This document shows positions 8,531 through 16,216 of a stretch of 22,399 nt of DNA, in pieces (the first letter of the stretch is position 1; the number at the start of each line of letters is the position of its first letter). The DNA lies in contig JBKBOT010000001.1 of assembly GCA_046293555.1 (NCBI GenBank), forward strand, positions 87,753 through 110,151, read 5' to 3'. The position numbers were made by a program, and so were the translations under genes. Origin of the DNA: Pyrobaculum sp. Its GTDB lineage: Archaea > Thermoproteota > Thermoprotei > Thermoproteales > Thermoproteaceae. The notes beneath the pieces were generated by a model. The model searched no databases and had not been told where the DNA came from. It worked only from the letters and a program-made list of their open reading frames with translations.

Positions 8531-9709
8531 GTGTACTGGCTTAGAGGAAACGTGGGGGTGATGGTAATCTCGTGGTTTCTCTTCGCCATCTCCGGCTCTC
8601 TGACGTTTCCCTACATGTCTAAATACTTACACCTACTGGGGGCTTCAGACATCGAGATCGGCTTGGTGAGAGCCCTCGGGTCGCTGGCCGTCATGTTGAC
8701 AATACTGCCGGGAGGCCTTTTGACAGACCTCGTGGGTAGAAAGCGGTCAATTGTCGTAGGCACGTGGGGAATTGCGGTAGTGCAATTTGCCTACGCCATT
8801 GTACAAGACTGGAGACAATTTGCCCTAGTGTACGTTGTCGACTGGGCGCTTCATTTCTACCAGCCAGCTCTCACCGCAATACTGCTAGACTCCCTCCCAC
8901 AGGAAAAGAGGGGTGGCGGCATGATGTTAACCACAGTACTGCCTCAAATCCCGTGGCTCTTCCTGCCGCCAGTGGGGGGCTATCTGCTGGATCAATTCGG
9001 CATATGGGGAATGCGGCTCTCTTTCCTCCTCTCCGGCGTGATTTCAGTCACTGTGGCGTTATTGCGAATGCGGGCACTCCAGGAGACTATTGTGGTGAAA
9101 AAAGAGGGGGATGTGGCTAGACGGCTGTTGTCCACATATCTCTTCTGGCGTGGACTGAGAGAACTCTCCCCATATATGGCGTACATAACTACTCTGGGCT
9201 TCATAATGTCGTGGGCCTCTATAGCTATGCAGACTTTCGGCGTGTTATACGCCACCACGGTGATTGGAATTGACAACACCTCCTGGGGGGTTATCCAGAG
9301 CGCGGCCACAGCTGTCAGCATATTTTTCGGCCTCGTGTTGATACCAGTGATAGACAAGACGCCGAGAGTTATAGCCCTGTTCTCAGGCCTCTTGCTTATA
9401 GCCACCGGGTACCTTATGGCGGGATTTTGGAAAAACGTAGTGGCTTTAGTGACGGCGGCAATTATTGTGGGAATTGGGGCAGAGGCCACCATGGCGGTAC
9501 GTAGGGCGTTAGTGGGAGATTACATAAATCCAGAAAACAGGGGGAGAGTGTTGGGGGCAATGTTGGCACTTGAATATCTCGGCTCGATTGCAGGCGGGGT
9601 AATCACGGCGGTGGTCTACACACACTCGCCAACAGCCGCCTTTATATACTCGGGGGCTATGTTGCTCCTAGCCGCAGCGCCGCTAGTCAGGAGGCTACTT
9701 AACTACTAG
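8531..9709 (+). CDS. MFS transporter
   Basis: 392 aa with about 12 hydrophobic segments. MFS motif A GGLLTDLVGRKR and a PENRGRVLG loop motif. Confidence 0.92.
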   Translation: MYWLRGNVGVMVISWFLFAISGSLTFPYMSKYLHLLGASDIEIGLVRALGSLAVMLTILPGGLLTDLVGRKRSIVVGTWGIAVVQFAYAIVQDWRQFALVYVVDWALHFYQPALTAILLDSLPQEKRGGGMMLTTVLPQIPWLFLPPVGGYLLDQFGIWGMRLSFLLSGVISVTVALLRMRALQETIVVKKEGDVARRLLSTYLFWRGLRELSPYMAYITTLGFIMSWASIAMQTFGVLYATTVIGIDNTSWGVIQSAATAVSIFFGLVLIPVIDKTPRVIALFSGLLLIATGYLMAGFWKNVVALVTAAIIVGIGAEATMAVRRALVGDYINPENRGRVLGAMLALEYLGSIAGGVITAVVYTHSPTAAFIYSGAMLLLAAAPLVRRLLNY

Positions 9710-10105
9710 CACGTCAATTGGCGACTCTTGTACCACTCTCGAGGAGACGCTGCCCATTAAAACCCGCCGTATTGTAGACAAGCCCCGTGAGCCCACCACA
9801 ATGAGCGATGCCCCAACCTCTCGGGCAAATCTCACAATCTCGTGGGCGGGGTCTCCCTCAAGTACGTGCCCCTCGGCCCCAGGCCCAAGCCGGGAGAGAG
9901 CCTCCTCAACTAGTTTCTCCCCCTTTTCCCTCAGGGAGGCCCATATGGAGGGAGAGGTAAATGCCTCAGAGAGAGAAACAACCGCCGTATCTATCACGTG
10001 GATTACATACACCTTAGACCCGAACTTCTCCATAAGGGCTCTAGCTCTCTCCAGAGCCTTCCTAGCCTGTTCAGACCCGTCGTAAGCCACCACAATTTTT
10101 TCCAT
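9695..10105 (-). CDS. Universal stress protein (UspA family)
   Basis: Motifs KIVVAYDGSE, GDPAHEI and IVVGSRG...MGSVS...PIDVLVV. Confidence 0.94.
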   Translation of the reverse strand: MEKIVVAYDGSEQARKALERARALMEKFGSKVYVIHVIDTAVVSLSEAFTSPSIWASLREKGEKLVEEALSRLGPGAEGHVLEGDPAHEIVRFAREVGASLIVVGSRGLSTIRRVLMGSVSSRVVQESPIDVLVVK

Positions 10106-10132
10106 ATACCTACTGTGACCTGTATATATAGG

Positions 10133-10561
10133 TTAATCCGCCGCGCTTCTATGTTCTTCAAACACGCCGTATTCAACCAGGTTTTTCAACACAGATTCTT
10201 CTGACACGAGGTCTCTAATAGAGAGCACGCCGTATAGGCGCCCCCCCTTTGTCACCACCACGTGACGTATGTTATGTTGACGCATTATGTCCGCCACCCT
10301 CCAGATGGGCTCGTCACCCTCTACAGACAACACGGGGCTCGACATGATGTCTTTTACCGGCAGGTTTAAGTCCACGTTGTTAGCCACCGCCTTTACGATG
10401 TCGCGTTCCGACACGACGCCAACCACGACGTCGGGCTGGTTTTTATCTACCACCACCACCAAGCCAATTTTCCTCTCGGCCATCAACCTGGCCGCATCCT
10501 TTATGCGCGCATCTGGGGTTGTGGTAACCGGCGGCCTTCTGGCCACAACCTCAGCCCTCAT
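10133..10561 (-). CDS. Tandem CBS-domain protein
   Basis: Two CBS repeats (MAERKIGLVVVVD..GVVSERDIV; MRQHNIRHVVV..GVLSIRDLV). Confidence 0.93.
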   Translation of the reverse strand: MRAEVVARRPPVTTTPDARIKDAARLMAERKIGLVVVVDKNQPDVVVGVVSERDIVKAVANNVDLNLPVKDIMSSPVLSVEGDEPIWRVADIMRQHNIRHVVVTKGGRLYGVLSIRDLVSEESVLKNLVEYGVFEEHRSAAD

Positions 10562-10597
10562 GGCTATAGTTGGGGAGATATATAAAAATATTCCCAG

Positions 10598-10669
10598 TGG
10601 ACCGGCCGGGATTTGAACCCGGGGTCTCCCGCGCGCAAGGCGGGCATCCTTCCGCTAGACTACCGGCCC
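10598..10669 (-). tRNA. tRNA-Ala(TGC), intronless, CCA not encoded
   Basis: GGGCCGG/CCGGTCC acceptor stem with the G3:U70 identity pair, CCCGC-CT-TGC-GC-GCGGG anticodon arm, CCGGG-TTCAAAT-CCCGG T arm. Confidence 0.96.
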
Positions 10670-10698
10670 GACGTGTCTTATGTACAAGTTTTTATACT

Positions 10699-10914
10699 TT
10701 ATCTGAAGTCTATACTTACAAAAACTGCGGCTGGAAAACTCTTGACTATTCTCCACACTAGCTCCTCTACCCCCTCTAGTTTAATCTTGATGACATCTCC
10801 CTCTACGCTTATCTCAGCCTGTTTTCCCACAGCCTTAACTTCCCCCACGATACGTCTATAGACTAAATCAGCTAAATATGGGTTCGCAAGAGTTATAGAG
10901 GCGGCCATGGGCAT
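10699..10914 (-). CDS. Small hypothetical protein (71 aa)
   Basis: ORF fills the gap between tRNA-Ala and tRNA-Gln. TATA-like minus-strand TTTATAT at about 10935-10941. Protein-like composition. Confidence 0.65.
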   Translation of the reverse strand: MPMAASITLANPYLADLVYRRIVGEVKAVGKQAEISVEGDVIKIKLEGVEELVWRIVKSFPAAVFVSIDFR

Positions 10915-10986
10915 ATATAGCTGAACAACTGTCCATATAAATTTTTCTTACATAAAGTTTTAAAAGTTGGCTGATAAGTTCTCTGG

Positions 10987-11074
10987 AGCCCGGTCGTCTA
11001 GCGGCCAAAGGAAACCCGGCTTGGGATGCGGGGCTTTGGACCCCGTGGCCCGGGTTCGAATCCCGGCCGGGCTA
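10987..11074 (+). tRNA. tRNA-Gln(TTG) with a 15-nt intron at 21/22 (11009-11023); CCA not encoded
   Basis: AGCCCGG/CCGGGCT acceptor stem (A1-U72, typical of archaeal Gln) and CGGGG-CT-TTG-GA-CCCCG anticodon arm. Intron AGGAAACCCGGCTTG forms a BHB with central helix GGCC/GGCU. Confidence 0.93.
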
Positions 11075-11102
11075 CTTTGTACTCCCCCTTGTCAGAAGGT
11101 AG

Positions 11103-11193
11103 CGGGCCCGGTGGGATTTGAACCCACGGCCTACGGCTCCGGAGGCCGCCGCTGTGGACCGACACTCGGCTGTCCTGACTGAGCTACGGGCCC
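11103..11193 (-). tRNA. tRNA-Arg(CCG) with a 16-nt intron at 22/23 (11154-11169); CCA not encoded
   Basis: GGGCCCG/CGGGCCC acceptor stem, A20, GCGGC-CT-CCG-GA-GCCGT anticodon arm. Intron CCGAGTGTCGGTCCAC has a perfect GGAC/GUCC central helix. Confidence 0.94.
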
Positions 11194-11197
11194 CAGT

Positions 11198-11222
11198 GGG
11201 TTATATATAGCTATTAAAATCT
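11198..11222. promoter_or_regulatory. Interleaved divergent TATA boxes for tRNA-Arg (-) and AKR (+)
   Basis: TTATATAT (11201-11208) lies 27 nt before GTG 11228. Minus-strand TTTAATAG (11218-11211) lies about 25 nt before the tRNA start at 11193. Confidence 0.65.
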
Positions 11223-11227
11223 TTGTT

Positions 11228-12037
11228 GTGAAAATCTGCCTCCATAAGGCTGGATGTGTGTCTGCCATAGGTCTGGGCACTTGGGGTATGGGAGGCGGCC
11301 TTTGGACTGTCGACAGTAGTAGAGACTCTATTTGGATAGAGGCTATTAGGTACGCCATAGAGAGGGGCCTCAGGCTTGTAGACACCGCCGAGATGTATGG
11401 CGGGGGACATACAGAGGAGCTCGTAGGCCTCGCCATAAGGGGATTTCCAAGAGAGGAGCTATATGTGGTCACCAAGGTGTGGCCTAATCACGCCAGGTTT
11501 GACGACGTGATAAAATCTGCCGGGGCCAGCGCAAAAAGGCTTGGCACATATATAGACCTATATCTATTACACTGGCCTTCAGACGTGGCGCCGATATGTG
11601 AGACCATTAGGGCTTTTGAGGTTCTGACAGATAGAGGCGTAATTAGGCACTTTGGCGTCAGCAACTTCACGCTTAGACAACTTCAGGAGGCTGAGTCATG
11701 TGTCAAGAGGTATGAAATAGCGGCTGTACAAAACAGGTATTCGCTCTACTATAGACAAGACGAGAGAGACCTAATCCCCTACGTGTTGTCCAGCGGCATG
11801 ATGTATATGGCATATACGCCGCTAGAAAAAGGCGTGTTGGCAAAAGACCCAAGACTTGTGGAGATGGGGAAGAAATACGGCGCGACAGCAGTCCAGATGG
11901 CGCTGGCGTGGTACGTCAAGAGGGGCATTGTTCCAATACCAAAAGCGGAGAGAAAAGACCACATAGACGAGATAGCGGGGGCCCTCAAGATAGACCTAAG
12001 CGACGAGGACTTCCGCCACATGTCGTCGTGGAGGTAG
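11228..12037 (+). CDS. Aldo/keto reductase
   Basis: Motifs IGLGTWGMGG, DTAEMYG, TKVWP, DLYLLHWP, GVSNF, AYTPL and PIPKA. Confidence 0.94.
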   Translation: MKICLHKAGCVSAIGLGTWGMGGGLWTVDSSRDSIWIEAIRYAIERGLRLVDTAEMYGGGHTEELVGLAIRGFPREELYVVTKVWPNHARFDDVIKSAGASAKRLGTYIDLYLLHWPSDVAPICETIRAFEVLTDRGVIRHFGVSNFTLRQLQEAESCVKRYEIAAVQNRYSLYYRQDERDLIPYVLSSGMMYMAYTPLEKGVLAKDPRLVEMGKKYGATAVQMALAWYVKRGIVPIPKAERKDHIDEIAGALKIDLSDEDFRHMSSWR

Positions 12038-12552
12038 AAGTCAACAAAACAAAGGCGTTGGAAATCCTGGAGACTTATTACCACGGCCCCGTCAAGTACG
12101 CAAAGGCCGTATTGGAGAGATGGCCTCTCTCCAACGGGCTTGTTGTATACAAGACAGGCCGTCCGGCCGGCGCCGAGATTTTCTACAGGGTGGATCTGGC
12201 ACAGCCGACATGTGTACATTACTACCTAATAGTGGCGCCACAATTCCAAAGACAGGGGGTGGCGACCTATTTGGCAAATAAGGTGGGGGAGATATGCGGC
12301 GCCGAGGTCTTTCTGGCTACAACCACAGTGGAAAACATGGCCGCGGTAGGTCTATTTAAAAAACTGGGCTATATGGTGTATAGATGGCCGGAATTACCCC
12401 GTAAGGTCAGAGACGTGTTGTTAAAAGCCACCTGTGGCTATGATGACGACATTTTGTTCATAAAAGGCGCAGAGCCGACACAAGTCGCAAAGCCAACCGC
12501 CGAGGTGCAGAAGCTGTGGAGAGAGACATGTCTATTGCCATATTTTAGCTAG
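12028..12552 (+). CDS. GNAT family N-acetyltransferase
   Basis: Acetyl-CoA motif VAPQFQRQGVAT and N..A..LFKKLGY. Start reassigned to in-frame GTG at 12028, overlapping the AKR stop. Confidence 0.82.
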   Translation: MEVEVNKTKALEILETYYHGPVKYAKAVLERWPLSNGLVVYKTGRPAGAEIFYRVDLAQPTCVHYYLIVAPQFQRQGVATYLANKVGEICGAEVFLATTTVENMAAVGLFKKLGYMVYRWPELPRKVRDVLLKATCGYDDDILFIKGAEPTQVAKPTAEVQKLWRETCLLPYFS

Positions 12553-12561
12553 TGTTGCTTT

Positions 12562-12903
12562 ATGGCGGCCAGGAGAACAGCCGTGGAGATCTGGCTGTTA
12601 CGTATAAAAAATGTGGCCAAGCTGTGGACACATCTCAGCCGTCTGGGGAAGATATATTACTGTCCGAAAGACGGGAAGAAACTAGGCGGATTTTTTACCA
12701 CAAGTCCCACCTCGGCGCCGCCAGAGGTGGAGTTGTTACAAGTCTCTCCAGAAGAGTCCACGACGCTTATAAGATGTGCGATAGAGTACTACAAGAGGAG
12801 ACTGTGGGAACTAAGCCGCGGGGGCAGATACGCCCTGGAGATGAGGAAAAAGGTGGCAAAAAAACTAGAGGAGCTCACCCAACTATTGGAGTCACAAAGC
12901 TGA
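12562..12903 (+). CDS. Hypothetical protein (113 aa)
   Basis: ATG 9 nt after the GNAT stop on the same strand. Helical, charged C-terminus. Confidence 0.68.
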   Translation: MAARRTAVEIWLLRIKNVAKLWTHLSRLGKIYYCPKDGKKLGGFFTTSPTSAPPEVELLQVSPEESTTLIRCAIEYYKRRLWELSRGGRYALEMRKKVAKKLEELTQLLESQS

Positions 12904-12988
12904 GCTGTGGCGAAACCAGTAGTTTCTCTCATCTCTCTACCTACATATCATACTAGACTACATTTTTCTTGCCAGTAGTTTGGTAAAT

Positions 12989-13438
12989 ATGTGCAAAGAG
13001 TTTATAAAGGCTGGCGAGCTCCTTAGAGTAGCCAGAGTTGTGGCCAGCCGTGGGGGATCTGCCTCGTTTCTAGTCTTCCGATCTATATGGCGCGAGAGGG
13101 CGTTTGACATAATAAGAGCCGCCGAGCTGCTTGAAGTAATCAAGAAAGATGGAGAGACCTACCGTATTGGCCCCCGTGGGGAGGAGATGCTCACGTTCTA
13201 TCACATAGATAGAATTTACCTTAAGGCCTCTAGAGGCCGCGTGATCTTAAAGACCGTATTTGGCGACACGGTAATAGAGCCAACGCCCTCCTTCCTCATG
13301 TCTATTGCAGAAAAGCTTTCTTTTGGGAGAGACGTCTTTAAGACCTATAGAGCCTTAGTCACAGCTCTCGAGAACGCCTGTATGGAGGCTAGAGGCATGG
13401 AGAGATGGATTTGTTTGACACGCCTCGGCCGCCTGTGA
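12989..13438 (+). CDS. Hypothetical protein, possible N-terminal winged-helix
   Basis: ORF with in-frame ATG at 12989. The segment AAELLEVIKKDGETYRIGPRG resembles a wHTH wing (inference). Confidence 0.65.
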   Translation: MCKEFIKAGELLRVARVVASRGGSASFLVFRSIWRERAFDIIRAAELLEVIKKDGETYRIGPRGEEMLTFYHIDRIYLKASRGRVILKTVFGDTVIEPTPSFLMSIAEKLSFGRDVFKTYRALVTALENACMEARGMERWICLTRLGRL

Positions 13439-13507
13439 AAACTCGCCAATAGAGGCCACATGTAACCAGCAAAGAATCTATGACGGCGACACTGGCGTAG
13501 TTCCCGT

Positions 13508-14245
13508 TCACATGGCGGCCAAGGTGTAGATTTTATACGTCGTGACGACAATAAGCAGAATTCCAAAGAGCTGTCTCACCCTGTTGCTCGGCATGTAGAG
13601 ACTTGTAAGCCTTGCCCCAATATACGAGCCGACAGCGCCTGCCGCGACGAGGGGGGCCACCAGGCTGTAATCCCACTGGGCTCTCCCCAGATGGGGGATG
13701 AGGGCAGAAAATGACGGAGGAGTTACAGCAAAGGCGTTTATCCCCGCGGCATTTTTAGGCGGGAAGCCCACAAGGATAAGTGTGGGCATAAGGAGGAAGC
13801 CCGGCCCAACGCCAAGAAAGCCGCTTAGGATCGATATAGGCACTGCAAGCAGGATGGCAAGTCCAAAATTTTCGCCGCCCTCTCTTTTCCCAACAGGTCT
13901 GAAGAGTCTATATGTCAGATAGATGACAGCCATAAGGTATACAGCCCACACGTAGGTCTGTTCCACATGTTGGACTAGATATGCGCCAACGGGGGCGAAA
14001 GAAGTTGTGACAACCGCCAGCGTGATGGCCCTCCTCCAGTCTACATAACCACTCTTAGCAAATCCAACTGCGGCAAGAAGCGCGGTGACGCCATTGAGAA
14101 GGAGGCTTAGAGGCTGGACTTGATGGACAAGATCGTGAAGAAATAATCCGAGAAATGGAATTGCGGCAAAAGCAACGCCGAGGCCAAGCATGCCGGAAAC
14201 CACTGAAAGGACGGCAATAGTCACGACAACAACCTCGCCTCCCAT
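13508..14245 (-). CDS. Sulfite exporter TauE/SafE (TSUP) family membrane protein
   Basis: Internally repeated SGMLGLG..A..P and SGFLGVGPG..MP motifs, G..IGA motif, about 8 TM helices. Start reassigned to ATG 14245, with TATA-like ATTAATA at about 14266-14272. Confidence 0.87.
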   Translation of the reverse strand: MGGEVVVVTIAVLSVVSGMLGLGVAFAAIPFLGLFLHDLVHQVQPLSLLLNGVTALLAAVGFAKSGYVDWRRAITLAVVTTSFAPVGAYLVQHVEQTYVWAVYLMAVIYLTYRLFRPVGKREGGENFGLAILLAVPISILSGFLGVGPGFLLMPTLILVGFPPKNAAGINAFAVTPPSFSALIPHLGRAQWDYSLVAPLVAAGAVGSYIGARLTSLYMPSNRVRQLFGILLIVVTTYKIYTLAAM

Positions 14246-14328
14246 ACACTTGGGATAACCCACCCTATTAATACATGACCTCCAAGGGTGTGACGGGAGG
14301 CGTGAAAGGCCGCGATGTTGGCTGCTGT

Positions 14329-14610
14329 TTAACCCCATCTACATCTCCCCTCTATACATCTACATCTCACGCCATATCTCTCCGCGTTGTAACATTCTTT
14401 CCACTCGCATGTGGTGATTACTGGGTCTTCGTATGTACTTCTACAGACCTGTCCACTACAGCCGTCTACCACACAATCTAGGTCTGTGACACACTTCCCG
14501 CCGGTAGACCACCCACAGAACTCTGTACCCCCGTCGGGCTGTGGGTTTTTCATCGTTATTACCATAAATATTACAAATATCAACACTGCTAGTATGGCTA
14601 TTTGATACAT
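14329..14610 (-). CDS. Secreted or membrane-anchored eight-cysteine-cluster domain protein (93 aa)
   Basis: N-terminal hydrophobic helix followed by FCGWST.G.C..D.DC...GCSGQVC......TTCEWKECY.....C.C..G.C.W. The ATG's A is the tRNA-Trp discriminator base. Confidence 0.82.
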   Translation of the reverse strand: MYQIAILAVLIFVIFMVITMKNPQPDGGTEFCGWSTGGKCVTDLDCVVDGCSGQVCRSTYEDPVITTCEWKECYNAERYGVRCRCIEGRCRWG

Positions 14611-14703
14611 GGGGCCGGAGGGATTTGAACCCCCGCCTTCCGTTTGGCGAGGCCAATCTACGGGTCTGGAGCCCGCCGCTCTGCCTGGCTGAGCTACGGC
14701 CCC
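14610..14703 (-). tRNA. tRNA-Trp(CCA) with a 20-nt intron at 45/46 (14638-14657); CCA not encoded
   Basis: GGGGCCG/CGGCCCC acceptor stem and GCGGG-CT-CCA-GA-CCCGT anticodon arm. Intron ATTGGCCTCGCCAAACGGAA forms a strict BHB (CCGU/ACGG central helix, UUGGC/GCCAA intron stem). Confidence 0.94.
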
Positions 14704-14726
14704 CATATCCTTCTTCTCCCCCCTTT

Positions 14727-15356
14727 TTAAATTTTTATTATAACCCTGGCGTCTGCCACATAGGCGCCTTTCTCCAAGACAAAAACTGGGTTTAGGTCGG
14801 CCTGTAGTACCCCCCTCTCTACTGCCAGTTGGGAGAATTTAGTCAATATGTCCACAACAGCCGCCACGTCGCGTGGCGGCATGCCTCTATATCCCGAGAG
14901 TATGTGGAAGGCTTTTGTCTCTCTGACCATATCCCACGCGTCTCGTCTCTCTATGGGGGCTATGCGTATAGACATGTCTCTATATAACTCTGTATATATC
15001 CCACCTAGCCCGAAGAGTATTACGTGTCCAAATATCTCGTCGTAAGTCGCGCCGACCATTACCTCCACGCCCCCCGAGGCCATCTTCTGTATCAAGACGC
15101 CGTCGCCAATTTTGCTCAGCCTTCTGTATGCCTCTCTCACCTCTCTTGGGTTGTTGAGATTAAGCAAGACGCCTCCCACTTCTGTCTTGTGGAGTATCTT
15201 TGTGGAAACTATCTTGGCCACCACTGGGTATCCAATCTGCTCTGCGGCACTTACAGCCTCCACCTCGTCGTTTACAATCCTGTATTCTAGCACCGAGATG
15301 TGGTAAGACTCAAGGAGGGCAAATGCCACGTCTTCTCTTAACTTCTCAACCCCCAT
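14727..15356 (-). CDS. ADP-forming acetate/acyl-CoA ligase, beta subunit (ATP-grasp)
   Basis: Motifs GYPVVAKI.S..ILHKTEVGGV, EVMVG...D..FG.VI.FGLGGIYTEL.RD and DLNPV...ADAR. Confidence 0.9.
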   Translation of the reverse strand: MGVEKLREDVAFALLESYHISVLEYRIVNDEVEAVSAAEQIGYPVVAKIVSTKILHKTEVGGVLLNLNNPREVREAYRRLSKIGDGVLIQKMASGGVEVMVGATYDEIFGHVILFGLGGIYTELYRDMSIRIAPIERRDAWDMVRETKAFHILSGYRGMPPRDVAAVVDILTKFSQLAVERGVLQADLNPVFVLEKGAYVADARVIIKI

Positions 15357-15402
15357 TTCGACCCGACGTTATACACATCCTGAGTGTCCCCACACAGGTG
15401 TC

Positions 15403-16134
15403 CTAGAGGGGCCTTATAGCTTTTTCTTTCACCAACTCTATCTCTACCTCCCAGTTCTCCTTTGGGATCACTACGGCTAGGGCTGGCCTCATGCCGAGTT
15501 TTTCCAATACCTCCTGCCGTCTTTTTAACAGTAGCCACTTCTTTCTAAGCTTCTGGTCTGTGGGGGTCTGTGTAGTCTTCACCTCGACGTGGTATATACC
15601 CCCGTCGACAATTATGAAGTCAACCTCAAGTAGTGTCTCTATGGCCGTTCTGGCAAATTGGGGGCTGTCTAGTAGTCTAAAGAGGCGGGCAGCTATCTCA
15701 AGTTCTACATCTCTAAATATCTCCCATCCGGATAGATACGTGGGTTTTTGCCCCCTAAACGCCAGGTCTCTAAGTTCCTCGAGGCCCACTTTTAGCAGAT
15801 GTAGGTAGGTCCCCTCCACGTCTCTCCCGATATATCTCACCAGCCTCTTGGGTGGGTCTACCAATACGCGCGGCTCTCCCGAGTCCACAGTTGGCACAAA
15901 CCACGACTTGTGTATAGGCCATTCGGTAGATATATGTCTAGACAGAATTCCCTCCGCCGCCTCTCTTGGCATTAAAGATGTGGGTGGTTTGATCTTACCT
16001 AAAGAATACAATCCCTCTAGGGCTATAGCCACGTTTTCGCCACGTGCCGCGTTGGGAAACGCCTTTGCGAACACTAGCTCTCCAAAAAACCCGATTTCGG
16101 GCCCCCATTCTTTCAACAAGTTTACTCTAGTCAA
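15403..16134 (-). CDS. Putative PD-(D/E)XK (restriction-endonuclease-fold) nuclease
   Basis: N-terminal G..GE helix (GFFGELVF) and C-terminal VDFIIVDGGIYHVEVKT, matching catalytic motifs II and III. Confidence 0.65.
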   Translation of the reverse strand: MTRVNLLKEWGPEIGFFGELVFAKAFPNAARGENVAIALEGLYSLGKIKPPTSLMPREAAEGILSRHISTEWPIHKSWFVPTVDSGEPRVLVDPPKRLVRYIGRDVEGTYLHLLKVGLEELRDLAFRGQKPTYLSGWEIFRDVELEIAARLFRLLDSPQFARTAIETLLEVDFIIVDGGIYHVEVKTTQTPTDQKLRKKWLLLKRRQEVLEKLGMRPALAVVIPKENWEVEIELVKEKAIRPL

Positions 16135-16150
16135 CAGCCCATCTTAACGC

Positions 16151-16197
16151 TATATATTTCACCCCAATGTTCAAATTAAACCACATTGCTTTTATAT
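16151..16197. promoter_or_regulatory. Divergent promoter with inverted repeat CAATGT-N12-ACATTG between two TATA boxes
   Basis: TATATATTT at 16151-16159, CAATGT at 16165-16170, ACATTG at 16183-16188, TTTTATAT at 16190-16197. Confidence 0.5.
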
Positions 16198-16216
16198 CAA
16201 CTCCCCATTCTTAGCT

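Noticed and set aside
10967-11475. ORFs 10967..11182, 11131..11475 and 11201..11410
   Set aside because: They overlap tRNA-Gln/tRNA-Arg or are antisense to AKR, and lack a matching promoter or motifs.
11908-12027. N-terminal extension of the GNAT ORF
   Set aside because: Overlaps AKR by 130 nt in another frame. GTG 12028 is more parsimonious.
12440-12500. ATGATGA box C-like motif (also GTGATGA at about 21560)
   Set aside because: Inside coding sequence, with no properly spaced D', C' and D boxes.
12552-12956. 134-aa alternative-frame ORF
   Set aside because: Overlaps the 113-aa ATG-started ORF, which has more protein-like composition.
14246-14338. N-terminal extension of TauE, and a possible sRNA in this GC-rich gap
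   Set aside because: The extension is not TauE-like and spans the TATA box. No convincing C/D boxes or K-turn hairpin found.
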